A DNA stretch of 64,000 nucleotides, taken from positions 434,001 to 498,000 of the forward strand of contig MU008195.1 of the NCBI GenBank assembly GCA_010909165.1. Reading direction: 5' to 3'. Source of the stretch: Anthoceros angustus. Taxonomy: Eukaryota; Plantae; Anthocerotophyta. Positions 34,181-47,094 of this stretch are shown in pieces. A program made the translations under genes and the position numbers. The notes beneath the pieces are model-generated. The model was not told the origin of the DNA, searched no databases, and worked only from the letters and a program-made list of their open reading frames with translations. Position 1 is the stretch's first letter, and each line of letters begins with the position of its first letter.

Positions 34181-35886
34181 GTTCCGGATCCCCGCACACG
34201 ACCTTTTGATGATGAAATCAATCGTTACCTACCCTGTAACAGGAATCCAGGAGGCGGAAAGAGGACACATCCGAAGAGAGTACTCTGGGCGTATCCATCA
34301 TATGTACCTGAATGTTATCGTTACCGACATCCGTTATTCGTTATTCGTTATTCGTATGTACATAGGCAACCGTATCCGACATCCGTTATGTGTATGTACA
34401 TACATACATGGACAACCGTATCCCAACCGTTATCCAACATCCGTTGTCCGTACGTTCATGTGGCAACCGTATCCCAACCGTCATAGTCACGGACGTACGT
34501 TCGTACATAGTAAACCGAGTTAGTTATACCCTCGGCAAAGTATGTATGTACATACCTAGACGTGTGTGAAGCTTACGTGTAAGCTGCATATCCGATGAGG
34601 ATTATTTTCTCGACCCAGCACCATACGAAGATAGAGAAGGTGCCGGAAGATGCGAAAAGTAGGAAGGGTGTGGAGAAGGACAAACGTGCATGTTTGCGAG
34701 CGAGAATTAAATGATTTTTGGGAAGAGCGAGAGGGAGAGAGAGAGAAAGATAAGACGGGGACAGGATGTCTATCCGTGTGTAGAGAGCATGTGAGGAGGT
34801 GAAGAAACACATGGTCCCGTGTTCCGAGGTAGTGCGTGGCCCTTGGGAAATTTTTTTAAACGCGCGGGTACTTTGACCGTGTCAAAAGAAGGGGGCGCTC
34901 GATTCCTCCCAACTGCAAGGAAGCGGAGTAAAGTAATGGAGAGAAATAAGACATGTGACGGACAGGGGGACGGCCGGGCCCTGGGCAAGCGGATGAGCAG
35001 GTGCTTTTTTGACGACATACCTACCCGGTCAAGCTGACCGGCTAACGCGGGTCATTTATTGCATGGAGGGGAAGGGTGTACGGACAAACGGCACGTTAAG
35101 CCCGAGGCCGGGGACGGGCCGAGTGCCGAGTACCGACTGCCGACTGCCGACTGCCGACTGCCGACTAAGCGCACGAGGTAGGCAAGTGCGGGATCTGAAT
35201 ATCCATCTGCCATCCCTAACCTAACCCCGGCCCATGTGCGCCACATGGATGCGGCCCCGAGATACTTGGCACCTCGTGGGTTTTGGCGTTCGAGTGGCTT
35301 GTCGCCGTCCACCGGCACGCGGCGGTGGCGGGTACCGGTACTGCCGGTCGGGCCAGCCGGGTAGGTGACTGACCGCGACCGCGACCGCCACCGCCACCGC
35401 CACCCGCTGGCCCCGCCCCCGTTTTTACTGGAACATGTGACCCTGTCCAGACTGCAGTGCAGTCCAGGACTCCAGTCATCTGGCCAGGTGTGGGGCCCAC
35501 GCCGCACGAGGCACGCGCTCCGTCTGCCCGTCTGGCCCTGGCCCGCGCAAGCCCGTCCACCCACGCCGCTATCGCTGCGTACTCAGCTTTAGGGTTTCTC
35601 ATCCCTGCTCGACCTCTTACGGGGACACTCTTTTTTCACTTGTCGTTGCAGTTGTTACATATTCGTGCGATGCAAGAGAGTGTTTGATGGACCATGTTAC
35701 AATACTATTTTACGAATATGATACTTGGAATCTGAGATGTAAATAAGTTTATATATAATTATATAATAATTGGTTATATATTTAAATATTCAGTAAATAA
35801 TTTATATTCAGCAGCAATTGCAAAAGGATGTGAAGATAAGGTTTGTAATATTGGTAATATGCATTGTGTTTTATTGAGGGAAAAAA

Positions 35887-36070
35887 CGATGGGGGAAAAA
35901 TCCATCGAGCACGGTAGACCTCGGGGGTCAAGGTGAAATAGAGCGACTAAGCTCCTTACCTATAGTTATCTACTGCTCCCAGAACATCAGATATAGGAAG
36001 AACAAATGGCCTTCAAATGACGGAGGAAGAGGAAGAAGCGTCACTTGCCGTCGCCGCCTTGGGAAGGATT
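35887..36070 (-). repeat. Short dispersed copy of the RLE-LINE 3' segment
   Basis: cgatgg..ccatcg..gacctcgggggtc..gagcgactaagctcc. The minus strand reads GHLFFL...IGKELSRS. Confidence 0.6.
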
Positions 36071-36607
36071 GCCGTTGAGAGGGCCCTTTGAATAGCAATG
36101 GAGCCTCGTTGTCTGAATTAAGCTGTGAAATAAGAAAGGGACAACCCCGGGCGATGCATGATTCACGCATTTCATTTGACAAAGCATTTGACGGGGCTTC
36201 AGTACTCGTAAGAAATAATTATCTTTTTTGGCTTATCCGCCCTATTTCGGATGTTATTCACCAATTATAAAATGAGCAGCTACTCTGAGGTGATGCTTAT
36301 TGCAAATATAAAGAGATAGATGTCCACATAACAAAGCTTCTACAACTATCTTCGAGCAATTCTTGAGTGAAGAACTGGATGTACGGCAATAGAATGTTCA
36401 AAGCACCTTGTTTCAAGAGTACATTTCAATGCTCGAAGCACATTTTTTCATCGTTTTTTTGGTGAAAAAATTATTGCTCTCTAAATTGCATGTCATAAAG
36501 CCATGAGATACTGTAAACCGACCCTTATTTGTCACGAGAGTGCTTCACTCAAGAGATTGATAACTCGAACACACTTGCCATTGTAGGTACATGTCAGACT
36601 CTCAATC

Positions 36608-37920
36608 TCAGTCGAAAATACAACCGAGCAAATGAGCTACCCCATAAATTCCAACAATCCAAAACAATGGATAGAACATGGGTAGTAGATTTTCATGTGG
36701 CTCTGGAGGAGGAGGAGGATTTACGGAAGGTTTAGGGATGGAACAATTTAAGTCATATTTGGGATGACCATTCATATCAGCCAATCCCCAAAATTCGTCA
36801 AACCATCGCCCGTAAAAATTGGATTTCAAGTTTTCGTCCACCAATCCAGATATAAAGACTTCTATAGCTTGGTTCGGTCGAAGTGGGGTACCCTTTCCGC
36901 TACGCAGATAGTTGCATAGACCTTGATTAAATCTTTGTGCACTAGTCACATTTGCAGTGTCGGCACCATTTGATGGCCACCCTACTCCATCCACAATGAT
37001 CTTCATGTCCGGAACACCTATGTTTGTCAATGCACCTACAACCCTATCGTACATTGCTACGAAATCGTTGTGATAGCCATATATATTTGTATAATGGTTG
37101 TCAAAGAATGCATAGGATATAGGAAAGTAAGCATTCTTATACGTATCCAAGAATGGGTTTATATTGATCGTAAATGCTCCATCTACTGCATGTAAGAACT
37201 TAACAATGTCTGTTACCAATGCGTAAGAGTTTGCAGTGAAATTTGCCAATGATGGACTTCTGCTGTTTGATATGATATCTCCGCTAAATGGAACGGTAAG
37301 AGTAACAATACGAATAAGACCTGTTTGTCTTAAAACATGGTATAAATTTTTCAATGCTGGCAATAATGCAGAACTATATTGACCAACATGAGGATCATGA
37401 ATGGACAATGTTTCGTTGCCTACAACAAGTGATCTGTACAACATATTCAATTTGAATTCAGATAAACATAAATATCTGATGTCATGTTAAGCTTGAAAAA
37501 TTTGATCTAACAGTACACCACAAACATAAATCAAAAGACTTACGTGATATTTAATCCTGCATTGCGATAGTGTATTACATGGTCAAAAACCCAAAGGAAG
37601 GCTTCCTCTTTATCTTTTGAAATATGTATGGCATCATCGTTACTACATTGAACTACTACTTCAAACGGCAGATCTTCGGCCTGTAGATGTGATTTAAAAT
37701 ATTCAGAATCAACAAATCCAGTCAATATTGAACGATTTGACGGAAAGATCTTCACTTTATCAAATCCATACGATTTGATGAGTTTGAAACTATGCTTTGC
37801 ATCGGGAATTTGATTTGAAAAAGTCCCCCAATTAACACCAATTCCTTGAACTCCCAAAATGATTGCATGAAGAATAAATATACAAATTGGTATAATAAGA
37901 AATGTAATATTAGATTCCAT
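36608..37920 (-). CDS. GH17 beta-1,3-glucanase-like protein 2, 2 exons, with a TM/GPI tail and nucleophile Glu replaced by Gly
   Basis: Exons 37920-37544 and 37433-36608; the intron has the same position and phase as in copy 1. Motifs are GIGVNWG, VVGNET, LTVPFSGDI, IIVDGVGWPSNG, LVDENLK and FWGL, followed by a poly-Pro linker and a hydrophobic end. Confidence 0.93.
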
Positions 37921-39714
37921 CGCTATAACATATCTCAAAGTCATGATATCACACAAAATTCGACATCTTGTGATGAAAAGCCTTGCTATGAAAACCTTTT
38001 GTGCAAATTACACTGAAAAAAAAGAATAAAAACAATTCAAGTTAAAAAATGTTGATTGTCTTATACCAATAATGAACCTCTAAAACTCATACTTGACTTC
38101 AACACTTCAAGACATAACATTCCAAACCCCATGAATCTAAACGAAGGAAGGATTCAGGGGCATTCATCATCTTAAATAATAGAGACATTCGATTGGCCCC
38201 AAAATACCAAAACAATCCAAAAATTACAATGAAAAACCCGACCCATGGTGTCCTTGCGAGACTGTTGCGCCAGCAAATTACACCAATAAAACTATCACCT
38301 AGGTTTTCCTCAGCGGGGGAAAAACTTGCATGAAAAAAAATTGCAATCCTAATTCTTACCACGAGAACTCACACCGGAAAGCTTACACTCTAGTTGTTCT
38401 TCAGGATATTCACACTCCACAAGATCTTTGGGTGGAAAAAATTGCACATATTCTTACCTTGCAATTCCAAGTCTCACCGAGAATATTGCCAAAAACAATT
38501 ACACTCCAAAAGGCACCTACAAATTCTTGGATCACAAAATTCTCCTCGACTCTCCTTACGTACTGCTCGAAAAAGCCTAAGTGTTGGGGAAGCGGGGGGC
38601 GAGCGCTCCAAGAATACCTAAGACCTGAAAAAGCAAGCCTTAAAAGAGAGGTGAGAAATTTCTTTATTAGTTACTTTCCAAAACAATTCTTTGGTCAGTA
38701 TGGCCTCAATGGAAGTGCACAAGTAATAGCCGTTGCTTACGATTTGGTGTGATATATTACCCACTACGTTACTTATAAACATGTGGAGACTTATGGGACT
38801 CCAATTTGGTGACGGATTTCCGTTATGGAACTTGGTACTTAACAACTTGTACCATGGTGTGCCTAAGCTACCTGCACCAAAGGCATCCACTCCCTTTAGG
38901 CACCCCATCTAAGTACTGATCTAGCACATGATGGTTAATAACGACGCTCTTATAAATGTGTGTACATTTGGCCTAAGCTATTTGGACAAGACAAACACGC
39001 CATACCATACTAGTTAATCATGTGCTATAAGCTTATGGACCTGCCTATTATGTTAAGTTGCTTCCTTAGATTAATATTGCACTCCTTAAAGAACTCGACA
39101 CTGAGCCCATTTTGGTAGTAAACAGTATCTCCTTTGAAAGGGGTTTGTCTCCCATAAAGGGGTTTGGGCCTCAAAAACCCAGAAAAAAAGACCCCTCAAA
39201 ACAAGCAAAAACACTACACATAAAAAACCCCAGTTATTTTGACATGTATAGATTGATATTGACCATCTAGATTTACCTCAAATACCAATGACGATACGGT
39301 TTGAGCCGAAGATGATTCGCACATTCAAGCCAAAACGACAAGGGATTTTGAGGATTTTGGATAGGTGTCAGGAATCGGAGAAAGGTCTTTCATAGACGAC
39401 TCACACTACTAGCAAGGTGTACACTAGGCTCATTCCCCCATTAAAGCGCCTAGACCAACAGAAAGTACTCACACATCTTAACCGTTGATCTGTTACTGCA
39501 GAATGCCAATCCAGAAAGCCATATTGCGCGGGATGTCCGCTGCAACCGACAACATAAAAGGAGCAATTGTCAAAACCTAAGGTGCATCTGCGTCGGACGT
39601 CGACTAGAAGAACTGATATATTGACCAAGACCATCTTTGACAGGACTAAACATGGGCTTTTAAAAACCGCGTCAGACATCCGATGCAGTGGAGTGACACT
39701 ACCCCTGGCATTTT

Positions 39715-42700
39715 TGTAATCGGCATTCCTCGGAGACAGGAGACCAAGACAATGGCGGGCGGAGATGGGAGGGGCCGTCTTGATTCTTGGGAGCGGGTCA
39801 AGTAGCCTCCGCCTCCCGTCTGCACGTGTCCTTTTCTCCTTGATCGGGTTCGAGTCCGGGTTACTAGCTAGCTAGGTTAGTGTCATCTAGGTTAGCCTAA
39901 TCGACTTCCATTTAACCGTGGTTGGCCTATTTGCCTCAACCAGCTTCCTAATGCGCCCTAGTCTCGCTTTCGGCCTTCCTACGCTAGCTCGCAATCTGCC
40001 TAGCCACCGATCACATAGCTAGCATCTATCATCAAGGCGGCTTGTCCGCTTGTCCGCTCACCGATGCATTTATCTGCGTGACATCCTCCTTCCTCTAGCG
40101 AGCATCGGGAGGGCCTCGCTTCTTCATTCTCGCTTTGGGTTTCTGAGGTGTTGAAAAGTTTCGATGAAGGCTTGGTTTCCCAACTCGGGTCCTCTTGATG
40201 GTCGCCTCCCAGCTCACCAAGTATTCCTTCACGGTCCCGCCGCAACACTCGCTCGACGCCGAGAATCTCTGGGTTGGAAGATGAGCTGGTCACCGCTTGA
40301 ACTTGCGCCTTCTCGGCAAGTTGCCGCACTCCTTCCCTCCTCCTTCTTCGCTAGCTGGCACCGCTTGGTTGGGTCCTTCTCTCCTAGTCAGAAATTCAGT
40401 TGCAACACCGTACTTCCCTCCATCGGCCGATGTTGCGCTCTTCTTAGGCGATGCTTGGCGGTGGGTCCATCGCCTAGGAACTTCAGGAGGCTCTCCACAA
40501 ACTTCTTAAGCAAGGACACATGAAAGCTGCACATCTTCCGGATCGGGCAAGTCGAGTTGGTAACCGCAGAAATTTTCTTACTCACGGCAAAAGGTCCCAC
40601 ATACCTGTATGCCAACTTTGCCTTACCTTCTTGTAGACGGGAGTAACGATTTGGCTTGACTCTCAGCCAGACCAGATCTCCTACCTCGTGCTGGTCATCG
40701 CGTCTCTTCTTGTTGGGATGTGCGGCTCTGCGCTGATTCACGACTTGCATACGCAGGATGGCATCGTTAAGGGCTTCATGCATCTCTTCACTTAGCTCCG
40801 TCACCGACTTTGGCTCACCACCCAATACTGGCCACAGACGTGGAGGGGGCAAGTTCTTGCCATAAATCATTTTGAAGGGTGAGTATCCTGCTGTCGAATG
40901 CTTTGCGAGTTGTAGGCAAACTCCACCAAGGGCAGACTTCTTCCCACTTGCTGCTTGTCATGGCGTAAGGTCCGAGCAAGTCCTCCATGGTCAGTTCAAC
41001 TTCTCACTGGCTCCATCGACAGTATGGTACTACCGAGCTCGACATTGCTTGATGCCTAGGCTCTTGCAGGAAGCACCAAAACTCAGATGTGAACTTGGAA
41101 TCTCGATCGCTCACTATCTCCTGTGGCACCCCGTGCAGTCTCACTACTTTCTTGAGGAAAATGGGAGCTAATGACTTGGCCTTTATAGTACCCTTTACCG
41201 GAATAAAGTGAGCCAATTTAGTAGCTCTGTCCATGCAAACCCAGATGGCGTCATTTTCTCTTCGAGTCTTGGGAAGGCAAGTCACAAAATCGCACGACAT
41301 GCTTTGCCACTTCTCGCAAGGGACTTGTAGCGGCATCAAGAGTCCTACTGGAGACTTCCTTTCAACCTTCGTTTGCTGACAAGGTAAGCATGTTCTTACA
41401 TACTCTATACACTCTGCTCGCATGCCCTTCCACCACACATGTTCCTTCAAACGATAAGTTTCGGCCCATGCCCATGTGCCTGCAGGAGCATCATGTGCAT
41501 CATGGAGCAAGGTTAGCTTCAAGCTTGAGCAACATGCGGGTATGCAAAGCTTCCTTTCTATATAGAGCCCCTTGATGAGTCTTGTATCATCCCCAAGCTC
41601 GAGGGTCTCCAAGAGTGACACTGCCCTCCAACTTGCGAGGATGTTACTCAAATGCTCATCTTGGTCGACTCCCTCACCTCCTTCCACATGTCGGACTCCA
41701 CGCGACACTACACCTTCTTCGCTCGAGCATCGAATTAAATTTGCCTTACAGGAGTAGGAGATCGTGAAGTGGAAATCGCCAAGTACTCGCCCACCTTCGT
41801 TGTCGGGGTTCAACAAAAGTTGCTTGAAAAAATGCTCCAAGCTACGATGGTCTGTGTATACCACAAACTCACTCCCATAGAGGTAATGTCTCCAAGCTTT
41901 TAGTGCATAAACCATGCCAAGCTCCTTATCGTGAGTTGTGTAATTGCACTCTGCCTTGGAGTTTCCTTGATAGGAAACTTACACTCTTTCCATCTTGTTG
42001 CGACAAGACCTAGGGCTAGATTTGATGCGTCGGTTCTTACCACAAATGGCTTCTCCATATCCGGCAAGGTAAGAATAGCGACGTCACCGCTTTCTTCATC
42101 TGTGAAATGCCACTTTGGCCTCTTCGACATTGGAAACTTGGATGCCTTGCAAGTCAAGTTTGTCAGCGGCACTGCTATCTTCGCATATTGTGGTATGAAA
42201 CTCCTCATTTGTACACACATGCCTAAGAATTGCTGCACCTGCAGTTTAGGGCGGTAGTTCTCGAAGAACTCGCACTTTGCTTTCCTTGCATACAATTGGT
42301 GTTCTCTCAGGGCTGTGAGCACTAATACTAGGTGTTGCTTATGCTCCAGGGCATCCTTGGAGTACACTAAGATATCGTCAACGAAAACTTCTACAAATCT
42401 CCCGAGGTAGGGCCGCAATATCTTGGTCATGAGCGTTGTGAAGGTTGCTGGTGCATTTGTCATGCCGAAAGGCAACACCAGGAACTGAAAGTGGCCGTAC
42501 CTCGTCCGAAATGCAGTTTTATACTCATCTCCAGCCCGAATTCGTATCTGGTGAAAGCCTGCCTGAAGATTAACCTTGCTGAAAATCTTGGCGCCTACTA
42601 GGTTGTCAAGTATCTCTTCTATTCTTGGCATTTGGAAGCGATTCTTGACAGTTGTTGCATTCAGACCCCTATAGTCAATGCACATGCGGATTTTGCCGTT

Positions 42701-45700
42701 TCTATGTTTCACGATGAGCAGTGCGATATGGTGATCTGATGGCTCTACTAACCCTTTCTTTAACAAGCTATCTCTGCTTGGACTGCATGTTCTCACTGGA
42801 GCAAGCTGTATGGGGCTTAGCTCAGCCTCCCGCCACGGTCTATAGCGTGATCTACGTCTCTCCTTGGGGCAGCCCGCATCTCGGAGAAGACATCTTCAAA
42901 GGCGTCCAAGACTTCTTGCAACTCGAAGGTACCTCTCCCACCGGTGACCAATTTGTACGTGCTCTACTTGGCAACAATCAGAGAGAACGCAGCATACTCA
43001 ACTTCCTCTTTTGAGTGCCCTCCTAGCATTTCTTGTTGAGAACAACTTGTCCTTCGATCGCAAGGAGGCTCCTTGCAACTTCAACTCTTTGCCTTGCCAT
43101 TGCAACGCTATTTCGTGCTTCGAATGAGATGTTGGGGTCCACCTTCCACAACCAATCTTGCCCCGAGCACTTCATGTGCTAGAGCATCGATAACCTCAAG
43201 TCCGACTGGTGTATCCTGAATATTGATGCTGGTCGAATTTCGTGTAAGGTTACCTTCTCCACCATGCCATTGGCTAACTTCATTCATGTTTGTGTGCTAT
43301 ACCACATGGCTTCTGGGGCGTCCTTGGCCACATCTGCTCTTACGTAGCTGTGTGAGGATCCTCCATCCACTAAGAAAGTGACTCGTTTGCCTCCCAACAA
43401 TCCCTCAACTATCAGCGATCTGTGCTTGAGGTGTTCATAACACTTGGACCTTTCTTGCTCATTGCTGCCTAGTCTGATCTCTACTCCTTTGTTCTTCCTG
43501 TCATGACATTCTGGATCTGATTTACTGTCCAATCTATCCAGTGCGTTGACTGCAGCTTGTCCTCCTGCAGGGCCAATGGTGCTCTTCCTTGCTCTCAGCC
43601 ACTTGCCGTATAAGGCTCCATATGGACAGTGTCTGGATATGTGATCAGGGGCAATGCAAATGAAGCATAGGCCTTTCATCATGAATTCCTTCTTCTCCCT
43701 TTCATCTCTTTGTTTGAATTCAATCGGCTCTTCTTGTTGGTTGACGCTATCGTGGCTCGTGTGCTCGACCTTGGCTTCCATGTGTGCTGGCCACTATACT
43801 TTGCTTGGTCTGCACCTCCTTGCACGGATTGGCTGCCATTGCGGCCGGAGCTAACGTTTTCACGCTATAATTTTCTATATCCATGGCGCATGGCCTCTTC
43901 AACTGTTGAGCAACGTTGATGTTTAATTCCCAACTTATACTCTGGCTTCACAGATCACAATATCTAGCTAACTTGGCTTCTTGCTCCAAGTCGTAACTTG
44001 AGCATGGTTTTCATGAAACTCAAGTGAAATTCCTCTAAGGAGCCTGTATGCTTGAGGGCATACCATCTTGACCAGCAACGTTCCTTGTGGTCCTTGGGCG
44101 AAAATTTTGGAGGACTTGACTTTCATCACTTCCCATGAGAGGACAGGTGGCTTCTCCCCCCTTTTGCTGGCTTCTCTTCTATTCTCCCACCACGCCCTCG
44201 CCAAATGACTGGTATAATGTGCAGCGAGATCAATTTTCTCTTTCTCAGTCATTTTCACCGCTTCAAAATATACCGAGAAAGCTTGAGTCCACTCTTGCAG
44301 CTTTGTAGGACTCCTATCTTGACAGCTCAGTGTCTCAAACTTGGCTCTCTTCCTCAAATCGTCGTTCTTGGTAGGCTCTGGACCCTCATCGAATGCTCTG
44401 GCCTCCCTTTCTGCTTGTTCTTGAACTGCTCGCTTGAGCCCGTTCATGTCTTGCAACTTGCACCTCCGGGCCATGTCCGGCGCGTGGTCACTTTGCTCTT
44501 CTTCACCTAGACCTTGAATCCGGAACTGTTTTAGAGTTACAGAGGGAGTCTGCGCTTCAGTTTGTAGCCTGGTGGGTGTTGCTACGTGTGCTGTTATGTT
44601 GACAAGCCCTTCGAGTTCTCCAGGTACCGTCACGTTAGCTACCCTCTCGACTCTTCTCTCGGCTTCACGATTTGGAATTGGCTCCTCGACATATATATGC
44701 CGGCATAGGTACGGGCGCCTTGTCCAATCGACGTTGAATTCCTCCTTGCGAACATCTCTCGTAGGGCCATCTCCCCTTCAAAGACTGAGCCAAGAATTCG
44801 CCATCAATTTTCTTGTGCTCGCGTTGTTCTGCAAGGTGCGTTGAAGAATCATCCGGAATTCGCTTCCACACGGGCTCGCACCTCCAACTCACGTGATCCA
44901 CATCGCATGTGACGCATCATCATTCATATTTTGAGCAGCACATGTGCCATTTACGCAACTCCTTGAGTAGGCATGCAGTCGACCTCTCCTTCCTCTACCA
45001 CATTCCTTCTCACACCGACCTCGTGTAGCATTCGCATTTTCCTGCGGGCTCAACTGGGCTTCCTCGGCGGCCCGGGCTTTTCTTAACGCCCGCCCGCCAC
45101 CGCCTCGACCTCACACCTTGAAGGGTTGGAGGCTCGACATCTCGAGTCGGGTTCACATCAGCCAAGGATCTTGTTCTCCTCCGCAGCCTCGAGGAGACGG
45201 TGTCGCTATCCATGTCGCTTCACTGCAAAATCGCCAGGCTGTCTCTACTACAGAATCGCCGGTTCGCCCTCTCGCACATGTAGCAAGGCTAGTCACAATG
45301 ACCAGGTCACCAGCCACTCGCGTCTCACAAATGTTGACTCCGTATCCTCCAAGATCAATCGGATGCTCGCATTCTTGCGTGCTCAACGTGTTTGACCATC
45401 ACGAATAACGGAATTGCTCTCTCACACGTGTATTGATCAATGGTCGATCGAAACACCCAGTCTTCGAAAACCGTGGTTGGTCATGTGAAACCGACCGATT
45501 GCTTCTCATGCATGTGGAATGGCAAATTTCTGGCTACCAGACACATTCATTGGCATTTCAGACACCAAGCTATGTCGCTCCGTTCAGCTCCTCTACAAGC
45601 TATTCAAGAACTGTCCCGTCTTGCACACAGGTGCTCACAAGAAGCCAAGTTTGAACAGCTGCTGGGCTTCCCGCTTGCACGACATGATTGCTGAACAGCC

Positions 45701-46564
45701 TGCTGGCCTCTGGAGGCCTCTTACTCTATCTTGCGTCTAGAGACGCCATAAAGCAAGGATTGTGCTCGAAGCAAACACACCTTCTGAATCATTGTAGGCG
45801 CATTGATCAATCCGAAAGGTATTACAATCTCGCTGCCCTCCTCCAACCAACACTTCTTTTGTCCCTCCTTGCCTTTCTTTCCAGCTTTTCCTTCCTTCTT
45901 GCGACGCAATGAATTCCCCATCGTTCTTCCACGCCCGATCCCAATCCTCTACCACCAACGCCTTGCACTCACTTGACCTCGAGCAAACGCCTCGCACCTT
46001 CAAAGGTCCTGCTCTTGTCCCCACACCGCCATCCATCTCACCGAATAACAACTTCCCGCCACAGTGCTCCCACATTCCTTCGGCCCCTAGCCCCACTTCC
46101 CCACTCGAGTGTTCTTCCGTCACCCAAATCACCGATCCATTCAACAAGGCTATTCGGATCCATTGCGATCAAGACTCTGGCCCCCGATACCAAGATGTAA
46201 TCGACATTCCTGAGAGGAGACCAAGACACAAGGCGCAAGATGGAATGCGAGGGGCCGTCTTGATTCTTGGGAGCGGGTCAAGTAGCCTCCGCCTCGTCCG
46301 CACGTGTCCTTTTCTCCTTGACTGGGTTCTCGAGTCCGTTACTAGCTAGCTAGGTTAGTGTCATCTAGGTTAGCCTAATCGACTTCCATTTAACCGTGGT
46401 TGGCCTATTTGCCTCAATCGCCTTCCTAATGCGCCGCCTAGCTCGTTGTCGGCGTCTTCCCCACGCTTAGCGCAAAATCTAGCACGATCACATAGCTAGC
46501 ATCTATCATCAAGCTGGCTTGTCCTGCTTGTCCGTTCACAGTCTGCATTTATCTGACTGTGACA
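39715..46564 (-). mobile_element. Ty3/gypsy chromovirus LTR retrotransposon, structurally complete but frameshifted
   Basis: 369-bp LTRs TGTAAT..GTGACA at 39715-40083 and 46196-46564, with TSD ATTTT at 39710-39714 and 46565-46569. The PBS TGGTATCGGGGGCC lies next to the right LTR and the PPT GAGGAAGGAGGA next to the left LTR. It encodes gag with CFICIAPDHISRHC, protease LVDGGSS, RT MCIDYRGLN..PFGMTNAP..FVDDILVYS, RNaseH TDASN, integrase CDFVT..VSDRDSKF and a chromodomain EYLVSW..EDPSWE. Confidence 0.96.
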
Positions 46565-47094
46565 ATTTTGTCCAAGTTTCATCTTTCAAAGAGGTGTATT
46601 GGGGAAGCCTACGTCAGACGTCCGACACATTTCATAGAGACTCGACCTTGTTGGACGTCCGGTATGACGGAAGCGATGAAGAGCATGCGCCGGACATGCG
46701 GCGTATTTTTACATTACTTATTTCTACTTCAATTGTTTCCATCTCTTATGGTAGGGGTGTACATAGACTTCTTAGTATAAGAACTCCGCAGTTAAGCACT
46801 CCAGGGGTGGGTCAGTACCGGGATGAAATGTTATACTTGTGGTGGTTTGAAAACTTTGTAAATCATCATAGTATCTGGACTTGTTGGCTTCCCTCAAGTG
46901 AGGTTTAATTCTTGAGACTTCCCACTTGATTATGGTAATTATGCTAAAGTTAGCAAAACTGTTTTTGAAAACGTATGCGATATATTTTTTGAAAGTCATT
47001 TTTTTAATGACATTATGTTCGCACATTTCTTTTGTATACAACATTAAAAGCTTTCCGGACTTAGTTTATGTGCCCTACTTGCGACTTGTAGCTG

